Shown in pieces: positions 24,501-36,019 of a stretch of DNA of 64,000 nt. Within the stretch, counting starts at the first letter, position 1; every line of letters starts with the position of its first letter. The stretch covers positions 56,296,001-56,360,000 of the forward strand of contig NC_043009.1 in the NCBI RefSeq assembly GCF_006345805.1, given 5' to 3'. This stretch comes from Octopus sinensis. Its lineage: Eukaryota. A program made the translations under genes and the position numbers. The notes beneath the pieces are model-generated. The model made no database searches, had not been told where the DNA came from, and saw only the letters and a program-made list of their open reading frames with translations.

Positions 24501-27500
24501 AGCACGTGAATGAATAATTAAATATGTTGCACAATAAACATAGCATCCTATTTGAATATCTAGATTGTATATCCAAACTATAAATGATGGATACTTTAAA
24601 AAAAAAGATGACAATATGAAACATTGTTTAATAATTAATAAAGAGTATTACCTGTGAACATTCATCAATGACAACCATGTCAAAATAATTATATTTCAAT
24701 TCTTTAAGAGATCCATCATCAGATGCACTTGTTAAGGTGGAGAGGATAATGTCAGCACGCTTTAGGATTTCAGTGCTACTCTGTAATGTTCTTTGACGAA
24801 GTTCTTTTCGCAACACCTTTATCTCTTCTCTATATTTATATTTTTCACCATTTTTATTTGATTTCAACAATTGACTCTAAAAAAAAAAAGATGTATTTGA
24901 CTATATATCATTGTTATTTTTGCATGTCTTTATTTTATCTTTTATTTAACAGTGAGACTACAAAATTGACAAAAAGCCATATCTTTTGTCATTCGTCTTA
25001 ACGTACAAGCTCTAACATTATAACATTTTTCTTATATTTGCTGCTACACTGTCAATAACCAAGATGTTTATTGTTATTCATTTAAAATCAAACCAATTGA
25101 ATAATGATGACGATGATGAAAATATAATATTCATCATCATTGTTAAAGCATGGAATCTGTGTTGTTAAGGTTAGACAGTCTCTTAAAAGACTAACTATAG
25201 TTATACTAACTAATGTTATAAGAAAAAACCTTTAGTAAGCACAATCAGTGAAGGCGTATAGCTCAGTGGTTAGAGCATCGAGCTTACAATCGCGAGGTTG
25301 TAAGTTCGAATCCTGGACCGGGCTGCGTGTTGTGTTCTTGAGCAAGACACTTTATGACATATTGCTCCAGTTCACTCAGCTGTAAAAATGAGTTGCAACG
25401 TCACTGGTGCCAAGCTGTATTGGCCTTTGCCTTTCCTTTGTATAACACTGGTGGCATGGAGTGGGGAGACCGGTATGCATGGGCGACTGCTGGTCTTCCA
25501 TAAACAACCTTGCCCAGACTTGTGCCTGGGAGAGTAACTTCCTTGGTGCAATCCCATGGTCAGTCATGACCGAGGGGGGTCTCAGCAAGCACAATCTGAA
25601 ATAAGCTATAGTTGCAGAGGAAACATGAAAATGTATAACATCACATATATTTGTATGCATGTATGTATGTAGGTAGGTGGATAGGTGAGTGGGTATTTTT
25701 CAGGTAGATAGACACACGGTTAGTAATAGATATACAGATGAATCCGCAACCTGTCTAGTAAACTTACATAAGCTTTATCCAAATCCTTCTTGACATCCAT
25801 GATTAGCTTTCCACCATCACTCGATGAAAGAATTGCATCTAAACAATATTTTTGTAGATGCGGCAATTGACGAGCTGGATGACCAATACGAAGAATATTC
25901 TGTTTCAGCTGGGCTAATCTGTCCACAAGATTATCCACAGCAATATTTGATGGTGCACACACAAGAACCTAGAAAAAAAAAAGTATGGATGCAGACATCA
26001 CTGTGTGATTATGAAGTTAGTTTTTTCTTTCTTTTTTTATTGCCCAGAAGGGGCTAAACATAAAGGGGACAAACAAGGACAGACAAAGGGATCAAGTCGA
26101 TTACATCGACCCCAGCACGTATCTGGTACTTAATTTATCGACCCCGAAAGGATGAAAGGCAAGGTCGACCTTGGCAGAATTTGAACTCAGAACGTAGAGA
26201 CAGACGAAATACCAATAAGCATTTCGCCCAGCATGCTAACATTTCTGCCAGATCACCGCCTTATATTATGAAGTTAGCTTTGCAATCATGTGATCGCAGG
26301 TTCAATCCTAGACTGTGGCATCTTGAGTAACTGTCTTCTAGTGTAACATCAGGTTGACCAATATCTTGTGAATAGAATTTAGTAGATGGAAAGTGCAAGG
26401 AAACCTTTTGCATGCGCGTGTGTGTGTGTGAGGGGTGCATTTATGTATATATGTATGTATGTGTGTTTGTTTGCATTTGCACCCTATGGAAGTTGGGAGC
26501 CGTGGGAAATGTTGTCACGTATGACAACACAGTCTGTCCCTTCACATCTTCATAAAACCAAATGACTGAATTATGTGATGAAGAAAAGACATTAGCACAA
26601 AAACTGCTATTTGAATCATTTCAGCAAGCAGAAAGAGATAACTCCTGACATGCTTCAGTTTCTTTCCTAGCTGCATAATCAGCAAGATGTTGCAGATGAC
26701 CCACCTGTCCATCTCATGCAAGTACGAAAGAACAATGATGATGAGCATTTCCAGTTAGGTTTTTTTTTTAATACTAACTTAGACAGTGACTGAATAATTT
26801 ACATCAGCAAGTCTTATATAACTCTTCTTGGCTTTCATTGATTTGAAGAAAGCATTTGACAGGACACCATATTCAGTAATTTGGTGAGTTTTGAGGAAAT
26901 TAGGTACAGACAAATGGCTTGTGCAGGTGGTTCAAGCTCTGTACAAGGGTTCAGTAAGTAAAGTGATGAATTCAGAGTGAAGATAGGAAAGCATTAAGGT
27001 TCAGTCTTTACATCTCTTCTGTTCGTCATTGAAAAGCCATCATTGAATAGTTTAAGATTAGCTGTCCATGAGATCTCCTATATGCTGATAATCTATTTCT
27101 TATAGCTAAATTCATAGGAGAATTAGAGAAGAAATTCCAGGCTTGGAAGCTAAACCTGGAACTGAGAGGCCTTAAGGCAAGCCTGACAAATAGGAAGGTT
27201 TTAATAAGTAGGAAAGAAGACGGGACTCTAGCACCCTCAGGGAAATGGCCTTGGTATGTAGAAAAGGGGTAGGTATAAATTCCATATGCTGTACTCAATG
27301 TAAACTAAGGACACACGAGATATAATGGAATCACTGGGAGACAATCCAAGACTGTAAGCTTCATATACAATAGATGCACTGAGATAAAATAATATAAATT
27401 TGTCCTATTTGACTGACTTGGGACTAACTGGGATTATAGTAGAGACACTTGCCCAAAGTGGAACTTAACCGAAAAGCATATAGTTGGAAAGCAAACTTCT

Positions 27501-30500
27501 TAACCACACTACCATGCCTGTACCTGTTTCAGGTTGATAAAATAAATACCAGTCATATAATGAATTAGTTCAACAAAACATGCTACTTTCCAATAAATAG
27601 TAATTCTCAGTTTTATGAATGCAAAGTTTTTTTTTTATAATGGGAAGTATATACCTTTTGTTTCTGCTTGACAGCTTGCAACAAAATCTCAATAACTGTG
27701 GTAGTTTTTCCTGTACCAGGTGGGCCATGAATTATAGCAATATTCTTTTGATTTATTGCAAATTTCACAGCTTCTCTCTGAGATTCATCAAGATTTGTAT
27801 TGTAAAATGTAAAATCTAAAATAGAAAAAGAAACATGCTTATAAAAGAAATTTGTTAATCCATTGTGAGACATGGGAGGTTTCAGGACCATTTTTTTCTG
27901 CCTCCCAAAATTTATAGGCATATAATGAATATAATCAAAAATCATATGGTCAAGAAACCATGCAAAGAGCACTCTGTATGCTCTGTAAAATGATTGGCAT
28001 TAGGAAGGGCATCCAGCTGCACAAACCATTCCAAAACACACAATGGAGCCTTGTGTGGCCTCCAGCCTTATCAGCTCCTGTCAAACCATCCAACCCAACC
28101 CAGCATGGTAAACAGATGATAAATAATGAAGAGGAAGATAATGTCAGTCTTCCATCCTCTAACAAGTTGAACAGTTTGACAGGGTCCAACAAGCCAAAGG
28201 ACTATGTTGTGCTCCAGTGTCTGCTTTAGCATAGTTTCTACAGCTGGATATCTTTCTTGAAGTCAGAATGCTCTTCCTAATGTCAAGTTATCCGGGTAAA
28301 AAAAAAAAACTGTAAATATATTTATAGGATAGATATGTATACATATTTATCTTTGAAAATGATGCAGTTTGGATCTGTACCAAGATATGGTCATATTTTT
28401 AGAGAGAAAACTGCAAAGGATAGATATGTATACATATTTATCTTTGAAAATGGTGCAGTTTGGATCTGTACCAAGATATGGTCATATTTTTAGAGAGAAA
28501 ACTGCAAGAGAATTTCTTAACTAAGAACAAACCAATCTACTTTGCATTCACCAATCTGAAAGCTCAACCTTGAAAGAATGGTTTAGAGTTTGAAGGCCTA
28601 AAAGCCACCATAGTAAAAACCAAGGATCTCACTGCTAACAGAACACTAAGGTGGCTCTGGCTATTAGAGAGGAGGAAAGAACTATGATGCTATATATTCA
28701 CACTCTCTAAAGCATATTTGTGAATTCAAAGGGTTGTAACATACAAGACAATTGCAACCTACCATGACATTTTTCTGAAGAAATGAATTTATGATTAAAT
28801 AAAATATCCAATAAATCGCTGGCTCTTCCATTTCCTGCTTTATGTAATCCACTTACAGCACTGAAAAAAATTTTAATTGAATTAATTTGATTGAAAATAT
28901 TCATTGACAAGAAAATTCTTTATAAAAGATTTTAAATATCTACTGATAACATTAATATAATATGATTTTAATAACTATGCCTGACCATACAGCAATATAA
29001 TTCTGCATACAAAATAGTGAAGAAACAATATGGAAACCCATTGTATGGATGTTTGTGTGCATGTATGCAGTGTGTGATTGTACATGGCCTAGTGGTTAAT
29101 GTCTAGGGCTCACAAATATAAGGTTGTAGGTTCAGGTTCTGAACCAGGTAGTACATTGTATCATTGGGAAAGGCACATCATTTCCTGTTATTTTAATCTA
29201 CTCAGTTAAAAATGCGTATCAGCCTAGTACTGGCGCAGGAATGGCTGTGTGGTTAAGAAACTTGCTTCTGAAGCATGCAGTTTCAGGTTCAGTCACACTG
29301 TAGCACCTTGAGCAAGTGTTCCACAATAGCCTTGTGTTGATCAAAGCCTCGTGAATGCATCTGATAAGCAAAAACTGAAAGAAGCTCATTACCCTTCACT
29401 TGTATGTGTGCACAAGTCTGTGCATTGTTTACATTTGCGCTTGTCCAAAATTTTTGACTTACAAACAGTAAAATTGTTGCCGTTTCTCCTATCAATGTAC
29501 CATCTGTTGACATTGCACTTTGGAAAATGCATAAAGTAAGAGGTCCTTTACTTGAAAAGTGGGTAAAACTTATTAACAGGAAGAGCATTCAGTAGTAAAA
29601 TATTACCTCATTATATGAGTGAATATATGAATATGTATGTGTGTATGCATGTATTTGAAACCATACATAGATTTTAAGAAAATTGGTTTTTGCTCAACAA
29701 TTGTAAAAGTCAAATAAACTATGAAATTCAAACTATTCAACTCTTTAATTATTCTTTTATCATAGCAACATAATTACATACTAATTAAAAGTTAATTTTC
29801 ATTAAATAAAACACTAAATTAGGGAAGTTAATAGAAATTTAAAAATGGAATATGAATTTACCTTTTTAATCTCTTATAAGTCACATCGTTGGCAATTTTG
29901 AGAAGTTTGTAATGAGCATCAGAAGACATGGTCTCTATGTCCTTATATTCATCAAATGCTATTGAAATACTGTTAGAAGTGGTCTTGGAAACAATACCAA
30001 CTGCAATATTCTCAGACTCTGCAGCATTTTTCTGATTTAAACTGAGCTGAACAATGTCACCTATAAAATATAAAATGAATTCAATTATCTATTAACAGTT
30101 GGGACTGAAATCAATAATTCTATGTGTATCATGAGACATTATGGGAAACCTTTCAAGACATGAGCATAGCACTAGAAGGTGATAGTCAAATTTTTAAAAA
30201 AACATAATATTGCATTATGTAAATTAAATTTTAACTGAAAAAAATATTTCTGTATAATTTATTGATACTTTAATGAAAGACAAGGAAGGCTGGAAACAAA
30301 TGATATCACATGCCTAACAGTGACAATTACAACTGTTATATATCAAGACAAGAACACACACACCTCTACATATATGGTGTAAGTGTGGTTGTGTTGCATC
30401 CCATCTACATGGTTTTGAGTTCTGCCCATTGCGTAGCACTTGGGACAAGTGTCTTCTACTACTGCCCAGGGTCATAAAATCTGAGTGATCCAGTGTGATA

Positions 30501-33500
30501 AGGCTGGACCTTTGAATTACAGACACAGTATATCCAATGGGCCTCTATACAATTTATGTCTATCAAAATTCTCTTCTAAGGCTCGAGTCTATTCAGGTCT
30601 ATGGTGAAAACACTTACCCAAGATATCACAGAGTGGAATTGACCTTGGGACTTCAAAGTTGCAAAGGGAATTCTTAATTACTTAGCTGTGTTTACATCTA
30701 GAGGAGCAAGGTATCAACCTTTAAAAGCTTTTCAGGACTAGGGACATCATTGTTTAACATCCAATTCCATGCTTGCATGAGTCAGGAGGAATTTGTTGAA
30801 AAAGATTTTTTATGGCTGGACACCTTTCCTATTTCCTCACCTATTTCCAAGCAAGGTAATATTTTACCATGGAAGACAGGAAATGAAGCAACATTGCTTG
30901 CATGATGGTGATGCTCATTTGCAACCATCACGTGCTGTCAAGTCAAGGATACACACAAACACACACAAAAACATATATATACATATATGACAAGCTTCTT
31001 TCAGTTTCAATTTATCAAATTTGGTCAACCCAGTGCTATAATAGAAGGCACTTAGCCAAGATGCTGTACAGTAGAACTGAATCCAAGACTACATGGTTGG
31101 GAAGCAAGGGTTCCCAACCATGTGGTCTTCATTATATTTCATAATAAAACAAAAAATACATATAAAAATACAATATTAATGTACATTGTGTAATTTTCAA
31201 AATGTAAAATATTACCTGGTGTAAATGAATGAGATGGTAGTTCTTTCTTCATCCATGGTTCAAGTTTAACAATCATACGACCATAAAAACCAGACGCCTG
31301 GCTAGCAAGGTGCAGCTTTAGAAGGCAGACTCCTTTCTTTTCTAATTGTTTTGGAGGAAGTTTCTCATAAAAATAGCTGGAAAACCATTTAAGAAACAGA
31401 TTAAAATTCAATGCCTAACCTAATTTAAAAATGAAAAAAATAGCCTTTTCTGATAATTTCAAGAAATGAAAAATAAATTCTTAAAACTAATTACCATTCT
31501 TTGCATATTTTTAACATTTTATATTTTACTTGTTTCACTGCATTCAAGGGTTTAGTCAATCAAATCAACCCCTTATTTTTTAAAGTCTGGTACTTACTCT
31601 ATCAATCTCTTTTGTCAAACCACTACGTTGTGGAGATATAAACAAACCAACACTGGCTATCAAGCAATGGCAGTTGGGACACAAACACACACACGTGTGT
31701 GATGAGCTTCCACACAGTTTCTGTCTGCCAGATTAATGTACAAAGCTATAGTAAAAGGCATGCAGTGGAACTGAACCTGCAACCACATTGTTGCAAAGTG
31801 AACTTTGTAACCATAATGTGATGCCTGCACCTGCATCATTCATATTATTTAAAGTAATATGAAATAATATAACATTGGGTGATGTTCTTGCTTAGTAACT
31901 GACTTGATCTGAGATTGTGTTGAAGCTGGAACGATTATATCTTGAAAGATTCAAATCTTCATCGTTTAAAATACATTTTCCATGTTGGCAGGAGTTGAAC
32001 AGTTTGACAGCAAATGGCATGACCAGGGGTCACACCAGATTCCATTGTCTGTTTTATCTTGGTTTCTACAGTTGGATGTCCTTCCTAATGCCAACCACTT
32101 TACAGAGTGTAATGGGTACTTTTTACAGGGCACCATCACCAGTGCTTTATTACATGGAAAACACCAATGCTTTTTACATGGCAAACCAATGTATCTTCAT
32201 GATCATAAACATCATCATCATCATTTTAGTGTCTGCTTTTCCATGCTTGCATGAATTAAATGAAATTTGTTGAGGTAGATTTTCTATAGCTAGAAACCTT
32301 TCATGTTGCCAAGTAACTAATATTTCCCCTTAGATCAGACATGTTATCAAGGAAAACAGGAAACAAATGACACACTACTAGTAAGACAGTAATAATCACA
32401 ACTATATGATGTCAAACAAGGTGACAAACAAAGCTACACACAAATACATATGATGGGCTTCTTTCAGTTTCCGTCAACCAAATCCTCTCACAAGGCTATG
32501 GTCGGAGCAGAGCTTAAAGTAGAAGACACTTGTCCAAGATGCCATGCAGTGGGACCCAAAACTATATGACTGGAAAGTGAACTTCTTAATTACCATTATA
32601 TTTATATTTTGTCTTATTTCTTAAGAGGATCTCTCCATACTAGAAAATACCAAAATGCTTTGTTGTACATCATCAAAATAACACACACACACAAATTTCA
32701 CTGCATCTGTTAATTCCACTGAAATACATTGAAACTGTGTCAGTTATTATGTCATAAATCTACAAAATATTTTGACAGTTGATCAGTAATAGCAAGAATT
32801 AAAACAAAAGTGAATGTCACAGCATGTGTTTGTTTTAAATAGCTATCATGGATTTTACATGATGTAACTAACTGGCACTACAAAAAAAAAGTCAAACTTT
32901 AATAATCTCAACAATGTTTCAGAATAGAAAATGAGATTTGTGCATAGCAAAAAAAAACCTATATACTGAACCAGAAAGAATGTGGTTGGGAAGCAAATTC
33001 TTAACCACACAGCCATGCCTGCACACACACCCACAATTTTGTGGGTGTTTACCAGGTCAGTTGCCAGACGTCAGAGCTTCAATGTATCTATGCCCTGGGA
33101 AGCAAGGCGTTCAGGGTATAGTAGATGCCTGATGGAGGGTATTCGCTTGGTTGCATGTCTCTGAACAGTTTCCAGGAGGTCAATGACCTGAGCAAGATAG
33201 GGGTAGCAGACTTGTGATGCAAATTCTAAGTGTAGCCACACCATAGCCATATACAGCCTTAAATAGATAGCTGGAGAGCGGCTGACAAAGGGCTTGATAT
33301 GTGTTGAGAAGGAATCTTTAGGGGTTTGGATAATTCACTTCTGGAAACATGGGTGTTTCATTCATCATCCTTAAACAACCCTTATTTAGAAACCTTTGGA
33401 GTGGGTTGGGCTGCTCAACCTGAAGAAAATTCTAATTGAGCCCTTGCAAGGTCATATGCTGTTCATCTTGATATGAGATCACCATGTTGTGCCTGGTGTA

Positions 33501-33592
33501 CCCTTATCAGATGAGTAGCCATGATGAGTATGCTGGGCTTCATACATTTGTATTCCAGTGTCACTTTGAAGGCATGCACCGCTTTCTCACTC

Positions 33593-33633
<41 letters not shown>

Positions 33634-33708
33634 CCTATTTTCTTGTATTTCTGCATTCCGCTCTTCTTCAAGAAGTGCTAAAGTTTTTGAGACAAATTCC
33701 TCAACCAT
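11649..33708 (-). CDS. IGHMBP2: DNA-binding protein SMUBP-2 / IGHMBP2, UPF1-like SF1 helicase with R3H and AN1 zinc finger; 16 coding exons, 3105 nt, 1034 aa
   Basis: All exons have GT-AG boundaries with compatible phases. Motifs: [77 protein letters not shown]3H ([31 protein letters not shown]), AN1 finger. Confidence 0.96.
12275..12367. repeat. 30-bp coding tandem repeat x3 ([10 protein letters not shown]) in IGHMBP2 last exon
   Basis: ttgaatcaatagacattgcctggtttgttg repeated three times, near-perfect. Confidence 0.9.
12969..13110 (-). CDS. IGHMBP2: IGHMBP2 exon 15 (R3H N-half): [47 protein letters not shown]
   Basis: ttcag|c acceptor; gaa|gtaagg donor. Confidence 0.9.
13606..13830 (-). 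mobile_element. Family B SINE
   Basis: Same head, central domain and tail as 10950-11177 and 26021-26264. Confidence 0.8.
14261..14463. mobile_element. piggyBac-like MITE, same family as 5440-5854
   Basis: ttaa|ccctttagtg ... cactaaaggg|tt(t)aa; internal similarity. Confidence 0.75.
14705..14813 (-). CDS. IGHMBP2: IGHMBP2 exon 14 (linker): (D)[35 protein letters not shown]
   Basis: acag|at acceptor; aa|gtattg donor. It supplies exactly the phase 1 to phase 2 bridge needed and continues YL.DDIV as in orthologues. Confidence 0.8.
16221..16550 (+). mobile_element. Family A SINE with RTE-type tail (degenerate)
   Basis: ggcatggctgtgtggt head, (tg)n(ag)n, gaaaatctacctcaacaaattctgtctaatctatgcaagcatg tail. 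Confidence 0.65.
16571..16747 (-). CDS. IGHMBP2: IGHMBP2 exon 13: (G)[30 protein letters not shown]...YSANQYLN
   Basis: ctag|ga acceptor; g|gtttgt donor; helicase motif VI. Confidence 0.95.
16915..17200. mobile_element. Old foldback/MITE with about 55-bp imperfect terminal inverted repeats
   Basis: catctcagcagtggtcag (about 16957-16970) vs ctgaccactgctgagatg (17150-17167), plus outer degenerate pairing. Confidence 0.6.
17762..17885 (-). CDS. IGHMBP2: IGHMBP2 exon 12: [41 protein letters not shown]
   Basis: gtag|gtt acceptor; g|gtgagc donor. Confidence 0.95.
18658..19120. mobile_element. 463-bp palindromic (foldback) element, about 223-bp arms and 14-nt loop, in TA-rich context; each arm has a minimal hammerhead-like motif (probably Penelope-like-element derived)
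   Basis: aattttcagaatg... at 18658 pairs with ...cattctgaaaatt at 19120; loop at 18881-18894; the ORF track shows mirror ORFs on both strands. Confidence 0.85.
19505..19599 (-). CDS. IGHMBP2: IGHMBP2 exon 11: (G)[31 protein letters not shown]
   Basis: tacag|gg acceptor; cag|gtatta donor. Confidence 0.94.
19770..19850. mobile_element. Fragment of a hAT-like MITE (cagtggttctcaacc end)
   Basis: CAGTGGTTCTCAACC terminus typical of hAT/Charlie-type TIRs; related degenerate piece at about 5260-5990. Confidence 0.45.
20050..20460 (+). mobile_element. Full-length family A SINE with RTE-LINE 3' tail ending in (GAT)n
   Basis: Head, CORE-like region and tail ggaagggcatcc...gtagaaaa...cccatgtcagcatggaaaa...tgatgatgatg matching LINE end 43490-43631. 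Confidence 0.8.
20579..20697 (-). CDS. IGHMBP2: IGHMBP2 exon 10: [39 protein letters not shown]
   Basis: ttag|g acceptor; g|gtttgc donor. Confidence 0.93.
20907..21089 (-). CDS. IGHMBP2: IGHMBP2 exon 9: [14 protein letters not shown]...[13 protein letters not shown]...VKNHLL
   Basis: gaag|g acceptor; aa|gtaagg donor. Confidence 0.94.
22093..22190 (-). CDS. IGHMBP2: IGHMBP2 exon 8: [32 protein letters not shown]
   Basis: ttag|gca acceptor; ga|gtatgt donor. Confidence 0.94.
23468..23984. mobile_element. 517-bp non-autonomous piggyBac-like element
   Basis: TTAA|tcccttga ... tcaagggg|TTAA; interior much richer in CpG than the flanks. Confidence 0.7.
24652..24876 (-). CDS. IGHMBP2: IGHMBP2 exon 7: SQLLKSNK...[10 protein letters not shown] (Walker B)
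   Basis: ttag|agt acceptor; cag|gtaata donor. Confidence 0.94.
25247..25586 (+). mobile_element. Well-preserved tRNA-derived SINE (family C) with 10-bp TSD
   Basis: A-box tagctcagtgg, B-box gttcgaatcc, CORE-like cttgagcaagacac; TSD aagcacaatc at 25237-25246 and 25587-25596. Confidence 0.85.
25768..25968 (-). CDS. IGHMBP2: IGHMBP2 exon 6: [18 protein letters not shown]...DLDKAY
   Basis: ctag|gtt acceptor; tat|gtaagt donor. Confidence 0.95.
26021..26264 (-). mobile_element. Family B SINE with 13-bp TSD
   Basis: TSD attatgaagttag at 26008-26020 and 26265-26277; A-rich tail. Confidence 0.88.
26770..27330 (+). mobile_element. Older decayed relative of the RTE LINE (RT region)
   Basis: [36 protein letters not shown]...[15 protein letters not shown] remnants. 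Confidence 0.7.
27655..27815 (-). CDS. IGHMBP2: IGHMBP2 exon 5 (Walker A: [15 protein letters not shown])
   Basis: ttag|at acceptor; aag|gtatat donor. Confidence 0.95.
28326..28507. repeat. 91-bp tandem duplication (2 copies, 1 mismatch)
   Basis: aggatagatatg...gaaaactgcaa at 28326 and again at 28417. Confidence 0.9.
28763..28860 (-). CDS. IGHMBP2: IGHMBP2 exon 4: [32 protein letters not shown]
   Basis: ttcag|t acceptor; g|gtaggt donor; phases fit. Confidence 0.85.
29862..30060 (-). CDS. IGHMBP2: IGHMBP2 exon 3: (G)DIVQLSLNQ...[16 protein letters not shown]
   Basis: tag|gt acceptor; ag|gtaaat donor; ANDVTY motif. Confidence 0.92.
31216..31376 (-). CDS. IGHMBP2: IGHMBP2 exon 2: [53 protein letters not shown]
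   Basis: ccag|c acceptor; g|gtaat donor. Confidence 0.92.
33635..33708 (-). CDS. IGHMBP2: IGHMBP2 coding exon 1: [24 protein letters not shown]
   Basis: ATG at 33708; donor ag|gtattt followed by (att)n; resembles the IGHMBP2 N-terminus (ESFVTKQLDLLELERDAE). Confidence 0.88.
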
Positions 33709-34239
33709 TTTGTAAAAATTTTATATACAATAGGATATGTTATGTTCTCTTTCTCTCTTTCTTTTTATGGCTGAAAAACAATGAGTAATATTAGTTAATG
33801 AGGTTGTTCTAAGGAAATTTGTAAAAGTATAAAAACAAAATCACTTTAACAGGCCCACCACCACCACCATACAATGGAGTGGATTATTTGCAAAGGTAGT
33901 GGAGACTTGCGAAAAATTCTATTATGGAAATAGATGGATGATTTAAGTTCCCTTCACAATCTGAAAAGTAGATTGTTGGAGAAAAGACCCTGAAACATTT
34001 GTTTGGATATTTGGTATCGTATGTACCACTACAAAACTGAACTTAGACACATGGAACCTGGAGAAAACAGAAGTGTTGAAATTCTCCGTCGATTTCCAGT
34101 AAAGTGGTTCTTGTGGATGAATTGTCCATTTAAGACTGAAAGATACCTGATTTAAGAAAATAATGTTTGTAAATCATATTTTGTTTGCAGGAAGGAACAA
34201 ATCGGGTTAATTTCACCGAAGTTTAAAGTGTTACAAAAG

Positions 34240-34420
34240 ATTTCATTTTTAAATTAGGTTAATCATTGAATTTTAATCTGTTTCTTAAATGGTTTTCCAA
34301 CTGTTTTTATGAGAAACTTCCTCCAAAACAATTAGAAAAGAAAGGAGTCTGCCTTCTAAAGCTGCACCTTGCTAGCCAGGCATCTGGTTTTTATGGTCGT
34401 ATGATTGTTACACTTGAACC
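34240..34420 (+). pseudogene. Inverted DNA-level duplicate of IGHMBP2 intron-1 3' end plus most of exon 2 (source 31257-31437); acceptor AG mutated to AA
   Basis: ORF 34266-34505 repeats [48 protein letters not shown] from ORF 31139-31411; about 6 differences in about 180 bp; intronic sequence is included. Confidence 0.92.
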
Positions 34421-36019
34421 CTTAATTACAGACGTGGAGTATTGGTATTTCTCTCTACAAATTTTAAAGACAACTCAAAACACTGACGACAGAAGATCAA
34501 ATTAATTCCTATATTAATTCTTACAAGTGTGGAGAAAAATATTTAAGCTTATTCATAATTGTACTTTGTTGTGTCTGGGGAGAGTCATCATCCAAAAACG
34601 AAATATCTCTGTACTTGTTTTGTTTGTATTCTTAAAACCGGAACGGAATTGCAAAAATAAACGGTGAATGTAAACGAATTTGTTCCTCACGTATAGATCT
34701 TTTGAAATATAGAGTGGGCAAAACAAAAGTCATGAAATATAAAAAAGTGGTTGGTGCAACAGCTGAAATCACCAGATTATGCCCACAGATCGCAGACCGA
34801 ACACAGAGTTCTAAACACTGGTTATATATCATGATCAATGGACCATACCGAACAAATACAAATTTCTGGCTAATTCTCAATAAAACATTAGAAAAAATTT
34901 GAATTCATATGACTGGACAATATTTGCTTCAACTTTGTTAAATTAAATTAGTTCCTGTGTTTTCATTTCTACGTTTCATAACATTTCTGAGAAGTTAGGG
35001 TAAAGATGTTTAATAGTTAAAACTTAAGGGGAAGATGTTATAACGACTGTTCTAGTGGCAAAGGGAGTTAAAGTGATCCAGGAAGAGTATAATACAATGT
35101 AGTAGTATTTATATTATGGTTTTATTAAGTTAAAATACGAACCATACGGACACCTGAATTACAAAACACCCAAACACTTTCCAAGGTACCAGTTTCTGCG
35201 CCACACACGGATTGCGCAATGTTTCGCATAATTACGTCCCTTGTATTATTTCAATAAATAAAATAACCTACCTATATTTCTTTCGATTTTTCACAAGTCG
35301 ATCTCCCCAAATTTAACAATGTCTTTTGAGTTTGACTTTTTTAAACTTCACACCAGACATAAAATATCCTCAATTGTTATTTTTTTCTGCAAACGTTTAA
35401 AACTTAAAACGCGTACGTGTGGCTGTGTAAGTTGTGCTAGCTTTATACATGAAAGAGAAATTGTGTATGGCTAGAGGCATCTTGATGAGACCAAACTACG
35501 CGATTATATGGGCATGGAATAGATATTTAAGCTATTTTGTATTTTTTTTTTAGTGTTATAATCATTTATTCATTGAAGTTGTCTAATACAGTGGATCATA
35601 TGTCTGTAAGCAATGACCTCTTGTACAAAACAGTAGGGGCCACATAGAAACAACATGCTAGACTCACTATTTGCAGCTAATAAATCCTTATTTTACATAC
35701 GTTACCTTTAATGTTAAGTAAAGTGGGTTTATTACTGCTGTATATTTTCTCAACATAAAACAGCACACCTTAGAATTTTTGGTGACATTCAGTAGTAGCA
35801 CGTGTAATGTAAATAATACTTTATGAGACAACGAGGAAGCTTGTGATTATTAATTCAACTAACTTAATTGTTGTTTAATCGGATGAGGGTTGCCTGGTCT
35901 AGTATTTTGGGTGTTGCAATTGTAGGTTCGATTCCTAGACTGGGCAGTGCGTTGTATTTTTGAGCAACGCACTCCGTCGCTTCGACATCTGACTGCGTGG
36001 CACTTTCGGCAAGTGTCTT

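Noticed and set aside
25250-25325. tRNA gene (Val-like, TAC loop)
   Set aside because: There is no paired acceptor stem and only a weak anticodon stem. It continues into a SINE body and is bounded by a TSD.
33593-33630. (AAT)n producing poly-Leu/poly-Asn ORF extensions at IGHMBP2 exon 1
   Set aside because: It is an intronic microsatellite right after the GT donor. Similar TA, CA and GAT microsatellites throughout are ordinary for this genome type.
34266-34505. Second IGHMBP2 paralogue on the + strand
   Set aside because: Only part of one exon is present, the acceptor is destroyed, and no further exons follow.
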